A stretch of DNA of 64,000 bases from Cyanophora paradoxa CCMP329 (Eukaryota > Plantae > Glaucophyta): NCBI GenBank assembly GCA_004431415.1, contig QPMI01000291.1, positions 1 to 64,000 of the forward strand, read 5' to 3'. The position numbers and the translations under genes are program-made. Numbering within the stretch: position 1 is the first letter of the stretch; every line of letters starts with the position of its first letter. Positions 12,434 through 24,500 of this stretch are shown piece after piece. The notes beneath the pieces were generated by a model that did no database searches, was not told the origin of the DNA, and was given only the letters and a program-made list of their open reading frames with translations.

Positions 12434-14184
12434 ATGGAGCAGATCTCGAGCACGCTGCCGCCCAGCACCGCGCCTCTCAACAAGCCCGCAGCAGTTCCCG
12501 CTGAGCCCGCGGCCGTCGCCTGCGCGCCGTGCGCCGCGACGACTGTTTCCGCGGCGCCCGTCGTCGGGCACGAGCTTCCCCACGTGGTGCGCGCCATCCG
12601 AAGCACACGCCCCACCCAATGCACCGCCTAAAACCCTGCGGGCGCCGCCGGCGCGGGCCACCTGTTTGCAAAATTCTCTGTTAGCGTTCGCTCGCGTGCC
12701 GAGGTTTACGCCGCGGGCAAACACGCAGGAGGGGCCCACTGAGTACGTTCAGGAGACGGTGCGCATGCGCGCGCGAGGCCGTCGCTCTGCCTGATATTAA
12801 TTTGCGGCTGAGCTTCGTTCATAAAATTGCGGATGCAAAACTTCGCGGCGCGCGCACCTGAACGCGAGCGGATTCGCTGCAGGTGCCGATCACGGTTACA
12901 CGCGAGATCCACAAGGAGGCGCGCGCGAAAAAGCCGCGATTCAGTGCTCCATTTCGTATGATGACCTTGCTTCGCATGCAGTATGTGCCGGTGGAGATCG
13001 AGAAGGAGGTTATCAGGGAGGTTGTGGTGCGTGAGCGTTGGGACCTGAAGCTAGCGCTGCTGGCGCTGGCGTGCGGACGTCGACGCGCTCTAGATCTGAT
13101 CTGATCATGAACACGATCATCGCGCCGAGCCGTCTGAGTGCGTTTAATTTCGCAGGTCGAGAAGCCGATCATCGTCGAGCACGAGGTCATCAAGGAGGTC
13201 CCCGTCCCCCAGCAGGTCCAGCCCCGCGGCCGCCCGCGAAAATACGCACGCGCTGCGCGAATTTCGCACAACCGCGAGCTTTGACGCGGCTATTTCCTTT
13301 TCGCAGGTCGACATCCCCGTGCGGCGCGAGATGGTGCGCGGTGCGAACTCAGCCCGTGCTTCGCGCAACTAATGTCATCTCTTTTCGCGCACTCTCAGAT
13401 CGAGGTCCTTGTTCCTGAGGTCCCGGTGCGCGACTGCAGCTGGTTATGAGAATTTTGAACTAACGTTCCTCTAATTTCTTTAATGTCTTCTCTTCACAAG
13501 CAATCCCTTCCCCGCCTGTTCTGATTTCTTTGGCAGGTCTCCGTGGACTCGGGGACCGGCCTGCACGCCGGGGCCGCCTACGGTGCGCCCCGGCCCGTTC
13601 CCGTGCCCGCATAAGCTGCAGTCTCTTTGATTTCCACTGAAACCTAATCTGCGCCTGGCGGGCGGGCGCGAGCAGTGAGCAGCGCGACGACCGCCGCGCC
13701 GATCCTGGCGCCCGCGGCGGCCGCCGCGCCCGTCGCCGCCGCGCCCGCAGGCGAGCAGATCTAGATCTAGAGCCGCCTTAATCACACACCGCGCTTCTCG
13801 CCTCCAGAATTCGAACCGGACTCTCGCGCGCGCAGTGGCGGAGACGACGACGACGCAGACGACGACGACGACGACGGACGTGCACCCCGCCGCGCACCCG
13901 CACAAGCACGGCGTCATGCACAAGCTCAAGGAGAAGGTCTGCTCGAGCTCCCTTGGCCTGATTGTTCAAAGCAAAAGGCTGAGTCCGATCCGTTCGCGTC
14001 GGCCCGCAGCTGCACCTCGCCCACCACCACCCCGGTGCGACCCATAACCTTTATATAATCAGGCCTAGGGCTCCAGGCCCGGCCCTGCAACTGGCGAAGT
14101 TAATTTGACCGCGCGTGGGATCCCCCGCAGAAGACGACGTCGCCCGCAAGTACTGACCGCCCCACGCGGCCCACGGAGTCCTGA
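12434..14184 (+). CDS. Epiplastin/articulin-like membrane-skeleton protein (V/I/P- and E/K/R-rich repeats) encoded in micro-exons
   Basis: Consecutive small exons VPITVTREIHKE | YVPVEIEKEVIREVV | VEKPIIVEHEVIKEVPVPQQ | VDIPVRREM | IEVLVPEVP show VPV motifs and acid-base dyads. Linkage of the 3' exons to the 5' exons is inferred. Confidence 0.65.
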
Positions 14185-14849
14185 AGCCCTCGCATTAGAT
14201 CTAGGTGGCACGCCCCGCCCCCGGCCCGGCGTCGGCGCCCCTGTACATGAACGATGCCCACCGCGCCGGCGCCCCTGAACGTGTAGGCCTGAGGCCCCCC
14301 ATAATCCCGGGAATAGATATTTGCGTAGCGCTGTAAATTAAATGATCGCACGTCGACGTCCCGGCCCGTTCGCGCGCGCCAGCGCCCCTGCATGCGCCGC
14401 GCCGGGTGGGCCCCCCCGGCCCGCCGCGCGCGCCGGCGCGGCCGGTGTTATATTTAATTAGGCCCCTCGCATGATCAATATCGCGCGCGGGGCTCGAATG
14501 CAGGCTAGCTATAGATGCATGCGTAGCGCCGTAATGCTTACGTTATTAGGCATTCGCGTTGAGGCATTCGCTTGAGAAAGTTGAGATCAAATGATGAGCT
14601 TTCGTGCTTGAGAGGCCTAGGGCCCGGGCAGACCGGTATCCGAGAGGAGATCTAGAGCCTCGCGATCGAGCTCAATCGACTTCGCGAGTTCCGACGGTTC
14701 GAGTCTTCGAGATCTATAGCTAGAGCCGGGACGAGATGGAGTCTCATATGCATGGAGAAGAGTGCATGAGAGCGGATTGCAATCGTGCTAACCACCACCC
14801 CGATGGGCCCGATCACAGCGCTAAGTTACACTGCTAACCACCACCCCGA

Positions 14850-15062
14850 ATCCCCGATCACAACAATCAGCATACTTCCCTTCAAAGATTATCGAATCAA
14901 ATCGAGTCTCATTCACTTTAGACAACGTTTCAAATCGCCGGGCATTATTTTTATTCAAGTGCAACTGATGAATCGTGAATGCCTGCAGCCGCCTACCCGA
15001 TCAAGCCGGCTCGAGCCCGAGCTCGAGCCGGCCAACTGCAGGCTGCATCTGCCTCGCGATCG
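14850..15062 (+). repeat. Dispersed direct repeat, copy 1 (~210-270 bp)
   Basis: Shares ...ctcattcactttagacaacgtttcaaatcgccgggc...ttcaagtgcaactgatgaatcgtgaatgcctgcagccgcc...gccggccaactgcaggctgcat with 15890-16110. Confidence 0.85.
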
Positions 15063-15437
15063 ATATCGAGCCCGCTGAGGCCCCGGCCGCTCGAGCTCGA
15101 GATCTAGAGCCGGCGGAGTACCCGCGACTCGGGCCGCGAGTACTAGTAGTACTACGTAGCTATATATAGGATCGCTACCGGCCGCGCACACGCGGGCCGC
15201 CGGGCCGCGGCCGCTCGCACTATAGCTACGTCTACCAGGTATAGTGGCGCGGCACTGGCGCCGCTGGGCGGCGCTGGCGCACTGCGGCAGCATAGCCCTC
15301 GTATACGTTTACGTACGCGTGGCGCTGCTGCGCCTGGCGACCGCCGCGCGTGGGCGTGAGCGGGGCGGGAGCCGCGGGACGACGGAGCTCGCGATCGAGG
15401 GCGCCGGCCCATCATGGCATGCATATGGCCAGCAGGG

Positions 15438-15488
15438 TATACGTATACGTATACGTACGCGTACGTATACGTATACGTATATATATAT
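15438..15488. repeat. Self-complementary (GTATAC)n-type microsatellite
   Basis: gtatacgtatacgtatacgtacgcgtacgtatacgtatacgtatatatata. Confidence 0.8.
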
Positions 15489-15739
15489 CACCGTGGCTAT
15501 CATTTCTACATGCATCATTGAAGTTGTCCTTCTAACCCAGGGCATGCGCGCAGAGCCGGCTCTGCCTTCGCGTACGCGTGCGCCCTCGGGCGCGTCGCCG
15601 TGACGCGACGACGGTTATGGTGGCCACTCCGCCCCGGACGCCCCGTGCGCCATCCCTTCCCCCGCGCCGGGCCCCGCGGCGCTCCTCTGAGGCGGCGGGA
15701 CAGGCCGCGGGCGGCTGTGGTGAGCGGGCAGACCCTCGC

Positions 15740-15847
15740 GGCCTCCGCCCAGCAGCTCATCGCCGCCTCCGCCTCGGGCGTCGGCGTGTGCGCCGGCCTC
15801 CGCCCAGCAGCTCATCGCCGCCTCCGCCTCGGGCGTCGGCGTGTGCC
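15740..15847 (+). repeat. Tandem duplication, about 55 bp x2
   Basis: ggcctccgcccagcagctcatcgccgcctccgcctcgggcgtcggcgtgtgc occurs twice in tandem. Confidence 0.85.
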
Positions 15848-15889
15848 AGTCATCGGGCACAGTGCTAACTACCCGATACCAGTCATCAT

Positions 15890-16110
15890 ACCACCCCGAT
15901 CACAACATCGATCAAGGATTCTTCCCTTGAAGGATTATCGAATTAAATCGAGTTCTCATTCACTTTAGACAACGTTTCAAATCGCCGGGCTTTAGTTTTA
16001 TTCAAGTGCAACTGATGAATCGTGAATGCCTGCAGCCGCCAACCCGGTCAAGCCGGCTCGCTCGAGCTCGAGCCGGCCAACTGCAGGCTGCATATCTGCC
16101 TCGCGAATCG
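15890..16110 (+). repeat. Dispersed direct repeat, copy 2
   Basis: Diverged copy of 14850-15062. Confidence 0.85.
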
Positions 16111-16462
16111 CGATCAATTAGCAAGCCGGCTGAGCAGTGAGCCCGGCGCCGGCTCGAGCTCGAGAGCCGGCGCCCGGCGGAGTAGTAGGGTCGCCAGTGG
16201 TGGACTCGCTACCCGCGCGCGGGCCGCGGCCGCTGGTATTATAGACTTTTATAGTTGCTGCTGAGTGGCTGCTAAGCTAGCTATATATTAATATTAGTGG
16301 CATAATCACTGGCATTATAGCTAGTAGTCTCTCAAAAAAAAAATATAGCTAGTACAGCATTAATATTATATAATAACTGTAATTCGGGTAATATTTAAGA
16401 GTCGAAATTAAGACCCCAAAATATTTAGTAATCCCGATTTTTGGCCGGTTTATAATTTTTAA

Positions 16463-18386
16463 CAAGATCCGTGCTCCTGCGGAGCACTAAGTACGGCGAA
16501 GCCTCGCGGACGCCCTCGCGGCTGTCACAGTAGGCCTACAGGGCACTCACCGACTGCCAGGCTGGCCAGCGGCCTGGCCGATCGCGAACAGCTTTCTGGC
16601 TGGAAGCTGGCTGGCTGACGGCCAGTCCAGCTAGCGCTGGCCGGCTAGAGGAATATTAATGTACTGAGGAAATAAAGGGTGGAGCAGATTGAGAGGAGAT
16701 TAATTATATAATATTGTTGGGAAGGAGGCCCGGGAGGGGCGAGGTTCTCGTGGCCAGGCGCATGCACAGATCTCGCGAATCGCTTAAACAGAATCTCGAA
16801 TTCGAATGCATATAGCATCGATGTGTAGGGCTGCGGAGGCGAGGGCGCGCGGAAAGATGTGCAGGCGTGGCCAGCTGCAGGATCGAATTTTTGCGTCGGC
16901 TGGATTGCCGCGCCCTGTTGCGTCCGCAGAGCTTGCGAAAGGCTTTTAAAACATCTCTGATGAATATTGTAGCGATGCCCGTGCGTGAGGATGCGAGGGC
17001 GCGCGGAAAGATGTGCAGGTCTGTCCAGGATCGAATTTTCGGGGTCGGCTGGGTCCCCGCGGCCCGGCGCATCCGTAAAGCGTGCGGAAGGCTTCTTCTA
17101 CATCTCAAATGCTTATGCTATTGTTCCGCGCATGCACCGCGGCGTGGGCGCGCGGAAAGATGTCCGGGCCCGTGCAGGATCGAATTTTTGCCGCCGGCTG
17201 GGTTCTCGTGCTCTTTCGCGTCTTCGAAGCTTGTGGAAGGCTTTGATAAAATCCCAAATGAATATAGTAGCGATGTGCTTGCGTGAGGATGCGAGGGCGC
17301 GCGGAAAGACGTGCAGGTCCGTGAAGGATCGAATTTTTGGGGTCGGCTGGGTCCTCGCGGCCCGGCGCATCCGTAAACCGTGCGGAATGCTTTGTCTACA
17401 TCTCAAATGCTTATGCTATTGTTCCGCGCATGCGCCGCGGCGTGGGCGCGCGGAAAGATGTCCGGGTCCGTGCAGGATCGACTTTTTGCCTTCCGCTGGG
17501 TTCTCGTGCTCTTTCGCGTCTTCGAAGCTTGTGGAAGGCTTTGATAAAATCTCAAATGAATATTGTAGCGATGCGCATGCGCAAGAATGCGAGGGTGCGC
17601 GGAAAGATGTTCAGGTCCGTCCAGGATCGAATTTTCGGGGTCGGCTGGGTCCTCGCGGCCTGGTGCATTTAGAGACCGTGCGGAAGTCTTCTTCTACATC
17701 TCAAATGCTTATGCTATCGTTCCGCGCGTGCGCCGCGGCGTGGGCGCGCGGAAAGATGTCCGGGCCCGTGTGGGATCGAATTTTTGCCGTCGGGTACCTT
17801 CCTGCGCTGTTCCGGCTCCGAAAAGCGGATTTCGGGGGTGCGCAGGCCCTGCTATGTCTATACGCGCCAGTACGCATCGATTGCGCGCGTCGCGGGACCG
17901 GCCGGAACCGGGAGGATCAAATTTCGGCCTACTGTTCGGACTGCAGCGTCGAGGGCGCCCGAAATCGAGCTTGCGGCGATGCGCTCGCCCTCGCCCGTCA
18001 TTCTGTATCGTTCTGGGGCGTCCCTGGCGCGATTTCGTCGCGGGACCGGGCGGGACCGGGTCAGGCGAAGCCTCTTTCTCAAACCCAAAAACCGCCGATA
18101 TAAATTCCTTTTTTAACCTTTTTTTCCACTCAAGATCCCCCCTGCTAAATAATTTCCGCGTCGCACTCCCTCGAGGACGAATTATTAATTCTGCCTCGAC
18201 ACGGACGCGATTGCCGCTAATGACTCAGCTACCCTAACCCCCACAGACCTCTCTAGATCCATTTTTAGCGTCGTGGCTCCCTAAGACGACCGCTCGCCCG
18301 TGGGCGTCGCGCGAAAATCGAATTTCCCTCTGGATCAATTCCGGTACTTAACCTCCGACAAATGCAGTCCGAGTCAGAAGGTGGGA
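16463..18386 (-). mobile_element. Non-autonomous Helitron-like (rolling-circle) element with an internal tandem array
   Basis: On the minus strand it begins TC (TCCCACCTTCTGAC at 18386) and ends with the GC-rich hairpin GTGCTCC-GCA-GGAGCAC (16471-16487), then GGAT-CTTG (16463) followed by T. No transposase ORF and no TIRs. Both ends are defined by the second copy. Confidence 0.65.
16846..17790. repeat. Tandem array of ~149-bp monomers alternating as an A/B ~298-bp dimer
   Basis: The anchor GGAAAGA occurs at 16851, 17005, 17154, 17303, 17452, 17601 and 17750 (spacing 154, then 149 five times). Alternate units are more alike than adjacent ones. Confidence 0.9.
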
Positions 18387-19581
18387 CCCGGTCCCGCCCG
18401 GTCCCGCGACGAAATCGCGCCAGGGACGCCCAGAACGATACAGAATGCCGCGCGAGGGCGAGCGCATCGCCGCAAGCTCGATTTCAAGCGCCGTCGACGC
18501 TCCAGTGCGAAGAGTCGGCCGAAAATTTGATCCAGCGCTAGCCGGTCCCGCCCGGTCCCGCGACGCGCGCAATCGATGCGTACTGGCGCGCATGGACATA
18601 GCAGGGCCTGCGCACCCCGAAATCCGCTTTTCGGAGCCGGAACAGCGCAGGAAGGTACCCGACGGCCAAAATTCGATCCTGCACGCGCCCTGACATCTTT
18701 CCGCGCGCCCACGCCGCGGCGCATGCGCGGAACGATAGCATAAGCATTTAAGATGTAGGCAAAGTCTTCCGCACGCTTTGCGTATGCGACGGGCCGCGAG
18801 GACCCAGCCGACCCCGAAAATTCGATCCTGCATGGACCTGCACATCTTTCCGCGCGCCCTCGCCTCGAGCTCCGCAGCCCCGCACATCGATGCTATAGCT
18901 ATATGCATTCAAGATTCTGTTTAAGCGATTCGCAAGCTCTGTGCATGCGCCTGGCCGCGAGAACCTTGCCCCTCCCGGGCCTCCCTCTCAACAATATTAT
19001 ATATAATTCATCTCCTCTAATCTCAACCTGCTCCGGCCTCCCTTTATTTCCTCAGTACATTAATATTCCTCTAGTTATATTCCTCTAGCCGGCCAGCGGT
19101 AGCTGGACTGGCCGTCAGCCGGCCAGCTTCCAACCAGAAAGCTGTTCGCGATCGGCCAGGCCGCTGGCCAGTGCCCTATAGGCCTACTGTGACAGCCGCG
19201 AGGGCGTCCGCGAGGCTTCGCCGTACTTAGTGCTCCGCAGGAGCACGGATCTTGTCCCACCTTCTGACCCGGACTGCATTTGTCGGAGGTTAAGTACCGG
19301 AATTGATCCAGAGGGAAATTCGATTTTCGTGCGACGCCCACGGGCGAGCGGTCGTCTTAGGGGAGCCAGGACGCTAAAAATGGATCTAGAGAGGTCTGTG
19401 GGGGTTAGGGTAGCTGAGTCATTAGCGGCAATCGCGTCCGTGTCGAGGCAGAATTAATAATTCTGCCTCGAGGGAGTGCGACACGGAAATTATTTAGCAG
19501 GGGGGATCTTGAGTGGAAAAAAAGGTTAAAAAAGGAATTTCGGTCGTCGGTTTTTGGGTTTGAGAAAGAGGCTTCGCCTGA
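18387..19581 (+). mobile_element. Second, inverted and circularly permuted copy of the Helitron-like element, with a shorter array
   Basis: 18387-19254 matches the reverse complement of 16463-18060 (only 2 array anchors) and ends hairpin-CTTG. 19255-19581 matches the reverse complement of 18061-18386 and starts TC. Confidence 0.7.
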
Positions 19582-19729
19582 TTAGTAGCCTGACCCGGAC
19601 CCGTACGCGTCACGGCGTGGATATTGACATGACATGTCATGATCAACTGACATTGACATGTCAATGCCAATTGAGTCGAATTGACATCGGACTGATTCGG
19701 ACACGGCAACCCTAGGCCTACCGCAGGCT

Positions 19730-19965
19730 ACCGGTAGTACGCGGGCGGCGGCACTACGGGATCCGGAGTGCCGGTCTACGCAGTAGTACCGTACTAGTAC
19801 GCAGTGTACTACGCAGTGTACGCACTAGTGCGGCCGGGCACTACCCGATGACCGGTACGGTAGTGCTGGTAGTCTACTAGTACTACCGCAGTCTACCGGT
19901 AGTAGTGCCGGCGGTGCCGCGCGCAGCGTGCGCACCGCGCGGTACTACTACTAGTACGGTAGAAG
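19730..19965. repeat. Low-complexity TAC/GTA/TAG-rich tract
   Basis: Recurrent ctacgcagtgta, gtagtac, tactagtac and ctaccggtagta units. Confidence 0.55.
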
Positions 19966-20340
19966 CCGCGCGCAGCTTAAAGCTTGCGCACCGCGGTCGT
20001 ACGCTCACGTGACGTGTACGCTCGCGGTCGTACTGCGACAGTCAGCACAGTCCCAGCCACCCAGCTGCAGGCTCCCAGCTGCTGCCTTCCACTGCGTAAA
20101 CACTGCTACTAAACACCAGTATATGTAAATAGTACTGGTGTATATGCTGCTCTCACTATCATGATCGATGTCAGTCGCCAGCTGCAGCTGCCCATGCATC
20201 GATATCTGCGGTGCTCCCGTTTCAGTGAACGCTGTACGCGTAATCGTACGCGTAAGCATGTATACGTAAGAAAGCGCGCTGATATCAATTCAACGAGATC
20301 AATGCGCGCTCGAGCCAGCTGCAGCAATTGCAAGCACACC

Positions 20341-23300
20341 ATGAATTCGTTGGCGCTTCAAATCCTGACTTTAGCATCGATATCGTGTGCGCTATCAATG
20401 GCCGCGAGTCTGACCAAGGACGGTGCGGCCATGCGCGGTCGGTCCAACTGCAGAGTACGTGCGAGTAAGTGACACAAGCACATGTGCGTTTGCAGGGACC
20501 ACGGCTTCTTTTGTCGACCTCTCCACGCTTGAGTCCCCGGGTCGAATGTCTTATTGTTCAGCAATCGACGCGCTGCTGGTTATTGCCGGAACGGATTTTG
20601 ATGGATATGGACAGTACATATTACGCGTGGACGGAAAGACGGGTGCATGCTCACCCATTCTAGCTTAAGTCCTGCGTCGGAGTGCGTCCATACAAGATCT
20701 TCGGCAGGTGATGCGGCCGTTGTCATTTCGTTCAAAGGAGCGCCTCGGGAAGATAGAGATGGTGTCGGAACCAATGCGCGGATCCAAGCTTCAGTGCGTT
20801 TTGTTGCTTTCGACGCCTTATAAGTGCGAGCAGGCTAAACGTCTTATTGCGGCAGGTCATTGCCTTCGATAAACCATGCACATACGCATATATTGGTTCG
20901 GCTCTCATTTACTTATTCATTGGGGTTTGACTCGGATAGAGGCTCGGGCTCATGCATTTGCCCATCGCTCCCCCCTTATCGAAATCGGCAGGCCATACGT
21001 ATGGCAGCAAAATTCGGCGAGTTCGCATGAGTGATTGTGCGAAATTCCCGGCGCATCAATATCAATAACCGGTACCATGCACTAATTTCTGGACTCTCTC
21101 CGCACATTCAGATTCTGTGACGACATTGGAAAACTCCAAAACGTGCAACTTTAGTTCAGCTAACGGTAATTACAATTACCTGTCAAGCATGGTACATCCG
21201 ACACTCTGAATGCTTGCTCCATCTTTGTATCCGTAATCCCTCTAATATTTCCGTGAACGAACTGCAGGTGGTGAATGATGATAATACTTTTCTTTTCATG
21301 GCTGGTGTCAAGTCCGTGTGCAGACTCGATCTTAACAGTGCGTAGTATTATATGCTGAATTGTGTGGCATGAAGTGAGCTGCACGTGGCGTAGCCTGGGA
21401 GCTTACCACAGTATCGGATGGACTGACAGGCTGGAATCACGAAATCACGATGGTTTGTGGCTTTGACATATACATGCGGCCTCTGACTTCTGGTGGACGT
21501 TATATATCAAGTTAACGTCGACTTGAGCAGGTCGATAGCGACACGCTTGTTGTGACGTCGGAAACCGTTATTCGCAAGATTATCATCAGCTCCGGCCAGG
21601 TTGATACATGATGATGCTCGATATCGTGGAATATTAACTTGATTAATTGGAACTCGAAGGTCGTACCAATCGTGCAAAGTACATATGCAGAATCGACCGC
21701 CCCGGAACAAAATTCTCTGGACGGTGCTCGCTTCGTGCAGATGGTTAATTGTAATTGGCATCATTTCGAAGACTGAAACAAATTCCTTTCCGTGCAGGAC
21801 TTGTGATGGAATTTGCGTACGCAAACGTTCGCTCCGCTGCAGATCCCATCTACCACCGTCCGCACAACGCGGTGTACTTCATACAAAAAAATCCACTGCG
21901 TTTTCGAAAGGTCGACCTCGCATCAAGTGCGCGCACGAGCATGCACCTCGGTTAACGTTGCTGATATATTGGCTGAGATATAAGTTTGCACGCACAGTGG
22001 AATTAAAAACAATTGAATTGAGCGGCCCGTTCACTTCAATATCGCAATCTAGTTTCTTGGGGCTTGCATTAGATGTGTCACGGTGTGTTTTTTTATTCGT
22101 CTCTTGCAATTGATCATGAATTAAGCTTTTAAGTCTACATACGTGCTTCCAGGAATCGAGCCTTCATTGGCAGTAGAAATGATTATTACCATCATTACAA
22201 TGTCGATTACTCGATATTTACTGTTTCGGTGGAGTTTTCAGCATCGGTTGTGAGTTGTCTGGCACAATTTGGATAGCTGTTTCTGGCAAGAATAACAAAG
22301 CGCGCGTGCAGAAAGATTGTGCAAACTTAGGCGGCGCTCTCACTGGCCTTTCAGGAACCGGTGCGGCTATTTATACGTATAAAGTACGACTGCAGATGGC
22401 GAAGCCGACGCTTGCGCAGGTTGTTCGGTTTCTGATCCCAACAGACCCAAGCTCCTCCCTATGCCTGGAGCCATCCTCAACACGTGTGACACACGCACTC
22501 GGTACGACACGGTTTCGTACACGCTTGCTCGGTTCGCCGATTTGGTTCCAGATACACGTAAACCTGGCTCAAGCTAACAACGAATTAACTGTTTCTGAGG
22601 CCAGCATACTCGCGGGGTTTGCATATGAGTACCTCTTCACTGTCAGCACCGCTCGGTAAAGACAATAATAATTATCGCATATACATGCGAGCCTGCGGAT
22701 ATATGGGGCGCAGAAATGTGACGGCAACAGTTTGCTGTGATTTCAGAGGCTATATCTCCTTCCGAGCTGGCTGTCCTCCCAAAATGAACAAATTTGATAG
22801 CACGACGGACGTTCCAGATGCGATTTACGTTTCGGATGGCCGATGCACCACGATTTCCACTTTCGCGACACCGGGGTTGATCTACATGCTTTTTGTACAG
22901 AGCGCGCAATTTTTCAAGCAATTCTTCTTGGCACATATCTGATTATAGAACGTACGCGTTCTGAGCAGAAAACATAAATGGAGCAGCTGCAGCGTTTCCT
23001 GGGACATTTAATTTTACAGTGGCCGACAGCAGCGGTGGCGCTTGTTCGACTGCATGCGGTAGGCACTGCAGGCTTTTCTAAACCGTTGGGTATACACCTG
23101 ACACTCTCACGGAACGGCAACAGCCACAGCCACACCTTCGCCATCGCCCCCTGTCCGGACAACTTGCGCCAACCAGGTTGCGCAGGCGATAGCGAGCGTC
23201 CCAGGTGCATAATCATAAGTATCTTGCCCTCCATATGAGGCAGTGTCTCTAGCATTTAGGGTTTTCAAACCACTCTCGCAGTGTGCTCCGGGCCGCATGC

Positions 23301-24187
23301 CAATCTCCCAATCATCAACACTTGCGATTCGAATACAATTTCAGGCTCAAATGCGAACTCTCGGTCTCTGTGCGCTCAACTGAATTCGGTATAGCCGCTA
23401 ATAATGATAAGCTTGACACTGAAACAGATTCGTTCCCTACTATTATGCTTCAGAATACGTGTTCAACGTGACCACTGCCCGGTGCGATCTTTCTTTCTTG
23501 AAACATGCTAAAGAAAGGGTTTTCTAAACGCCTTGAAGGGTAATCACTGCAACCGTCTGCACGACCTATAGAATGGCCGTTCTGGCCATATTTTCAGGAT
23601 GTGCAAGAATCACTCAAGCCTACGAGTCATTCCTTTACACGGCATTGGAGCCGAGCTGCACTGCAATATCCGTCTCTGCTTCTCCTGGCGTACTTTACAC
23701 TCTTTCGGTGCAAGGCGAGTTCGAGCTCGCTTCAGGAAGTTTGACGCATGTTTACGGTTCTTGTCTCAGGATCCGTGTATTATTCCCTATCATCGACTCC
23801 AGATTCGCGATATGTTGGCAGCTTCACTTTCCAGATCGCCGACAGCACAGGCGGAGCATGCTCGAATCCTTGCGGTAAATTCATATATAATTCAAGCCTC
23901 TGCTTCGAACTCGCTCTGACCAGTTATCGATACATGCATATGCATGTGTGCAGTAACCCCTACGCCCTCGTCGTCTCCCTCTCAAAAGGTCTGCGCATGC
24001 ACACTTGATGTACATATGTCCAATCGCTTTGCCATTAATTGCATGTTTTCATGTATGTCAGCCTAGCCCGAGCGCTTCGCCCAGCCCGAGCCCGTCGCCG
24101 AGGCCGAGCCCGAGCCCGTCGCCCAGCCCGAGCCCGTCGCCCAGCCCGAGCCCCAGCCCGTCGCCGAGCCCGAGCCCGAGCCCGTCG

Positions 24188-24219
<32 letters not shown>

Positions 24220-24460
24220 CAGCCCGAGCACTAGCCCGACGCCCAGCCCGAGCCCAAGCCCGTCGCCGAGCCCGAGCCCGTCGCCCAGCCCAAGCCCGAG
24301 CCCGTCGCCGAGCCCGAGCCCGAGCCCCAGCCCGTCGCCCAGCCCGAGCGCTAGCCCGACGCCCAGCCCGAGCCCAAGCCCGTCGCCGAGCCCGAGCCCT
24401 TCGACCAGCCCGAGCCCGAGCCCGTCGCCGAGCCCGAGCCCGAGCCCCAGCCCGTCGCCG

Positions 24461-24500
<40 letters not shown>

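Noticed and set aside
16846-17790. Regularly spaced repeats as a CRISPR array
   Set aside because: Whole units are homologous (no unique spacers), the context is eukaryotic, and there are no cas genes. The same applies to the 21- and 24-bp viral repeats.
16985-18103. 372-aa and overlapping repetitive ORFs as a transposase or repeat protein
   Set aside because: They are translations of the 149-bp tandem array, with no Rep/helicase or DDE motifs.
18231-18242. CCCTAACCCC telomere-like motif (mirror copy at ~19401)
   Set aside because: Only about 1.5 units inside the mobile element; not an array.
19620-19715. TGACAT-rich tract ending GGCAACCCTA as a DNA-transposon TIR
   Set aside because: No partner inverted end or TSD found in the window.
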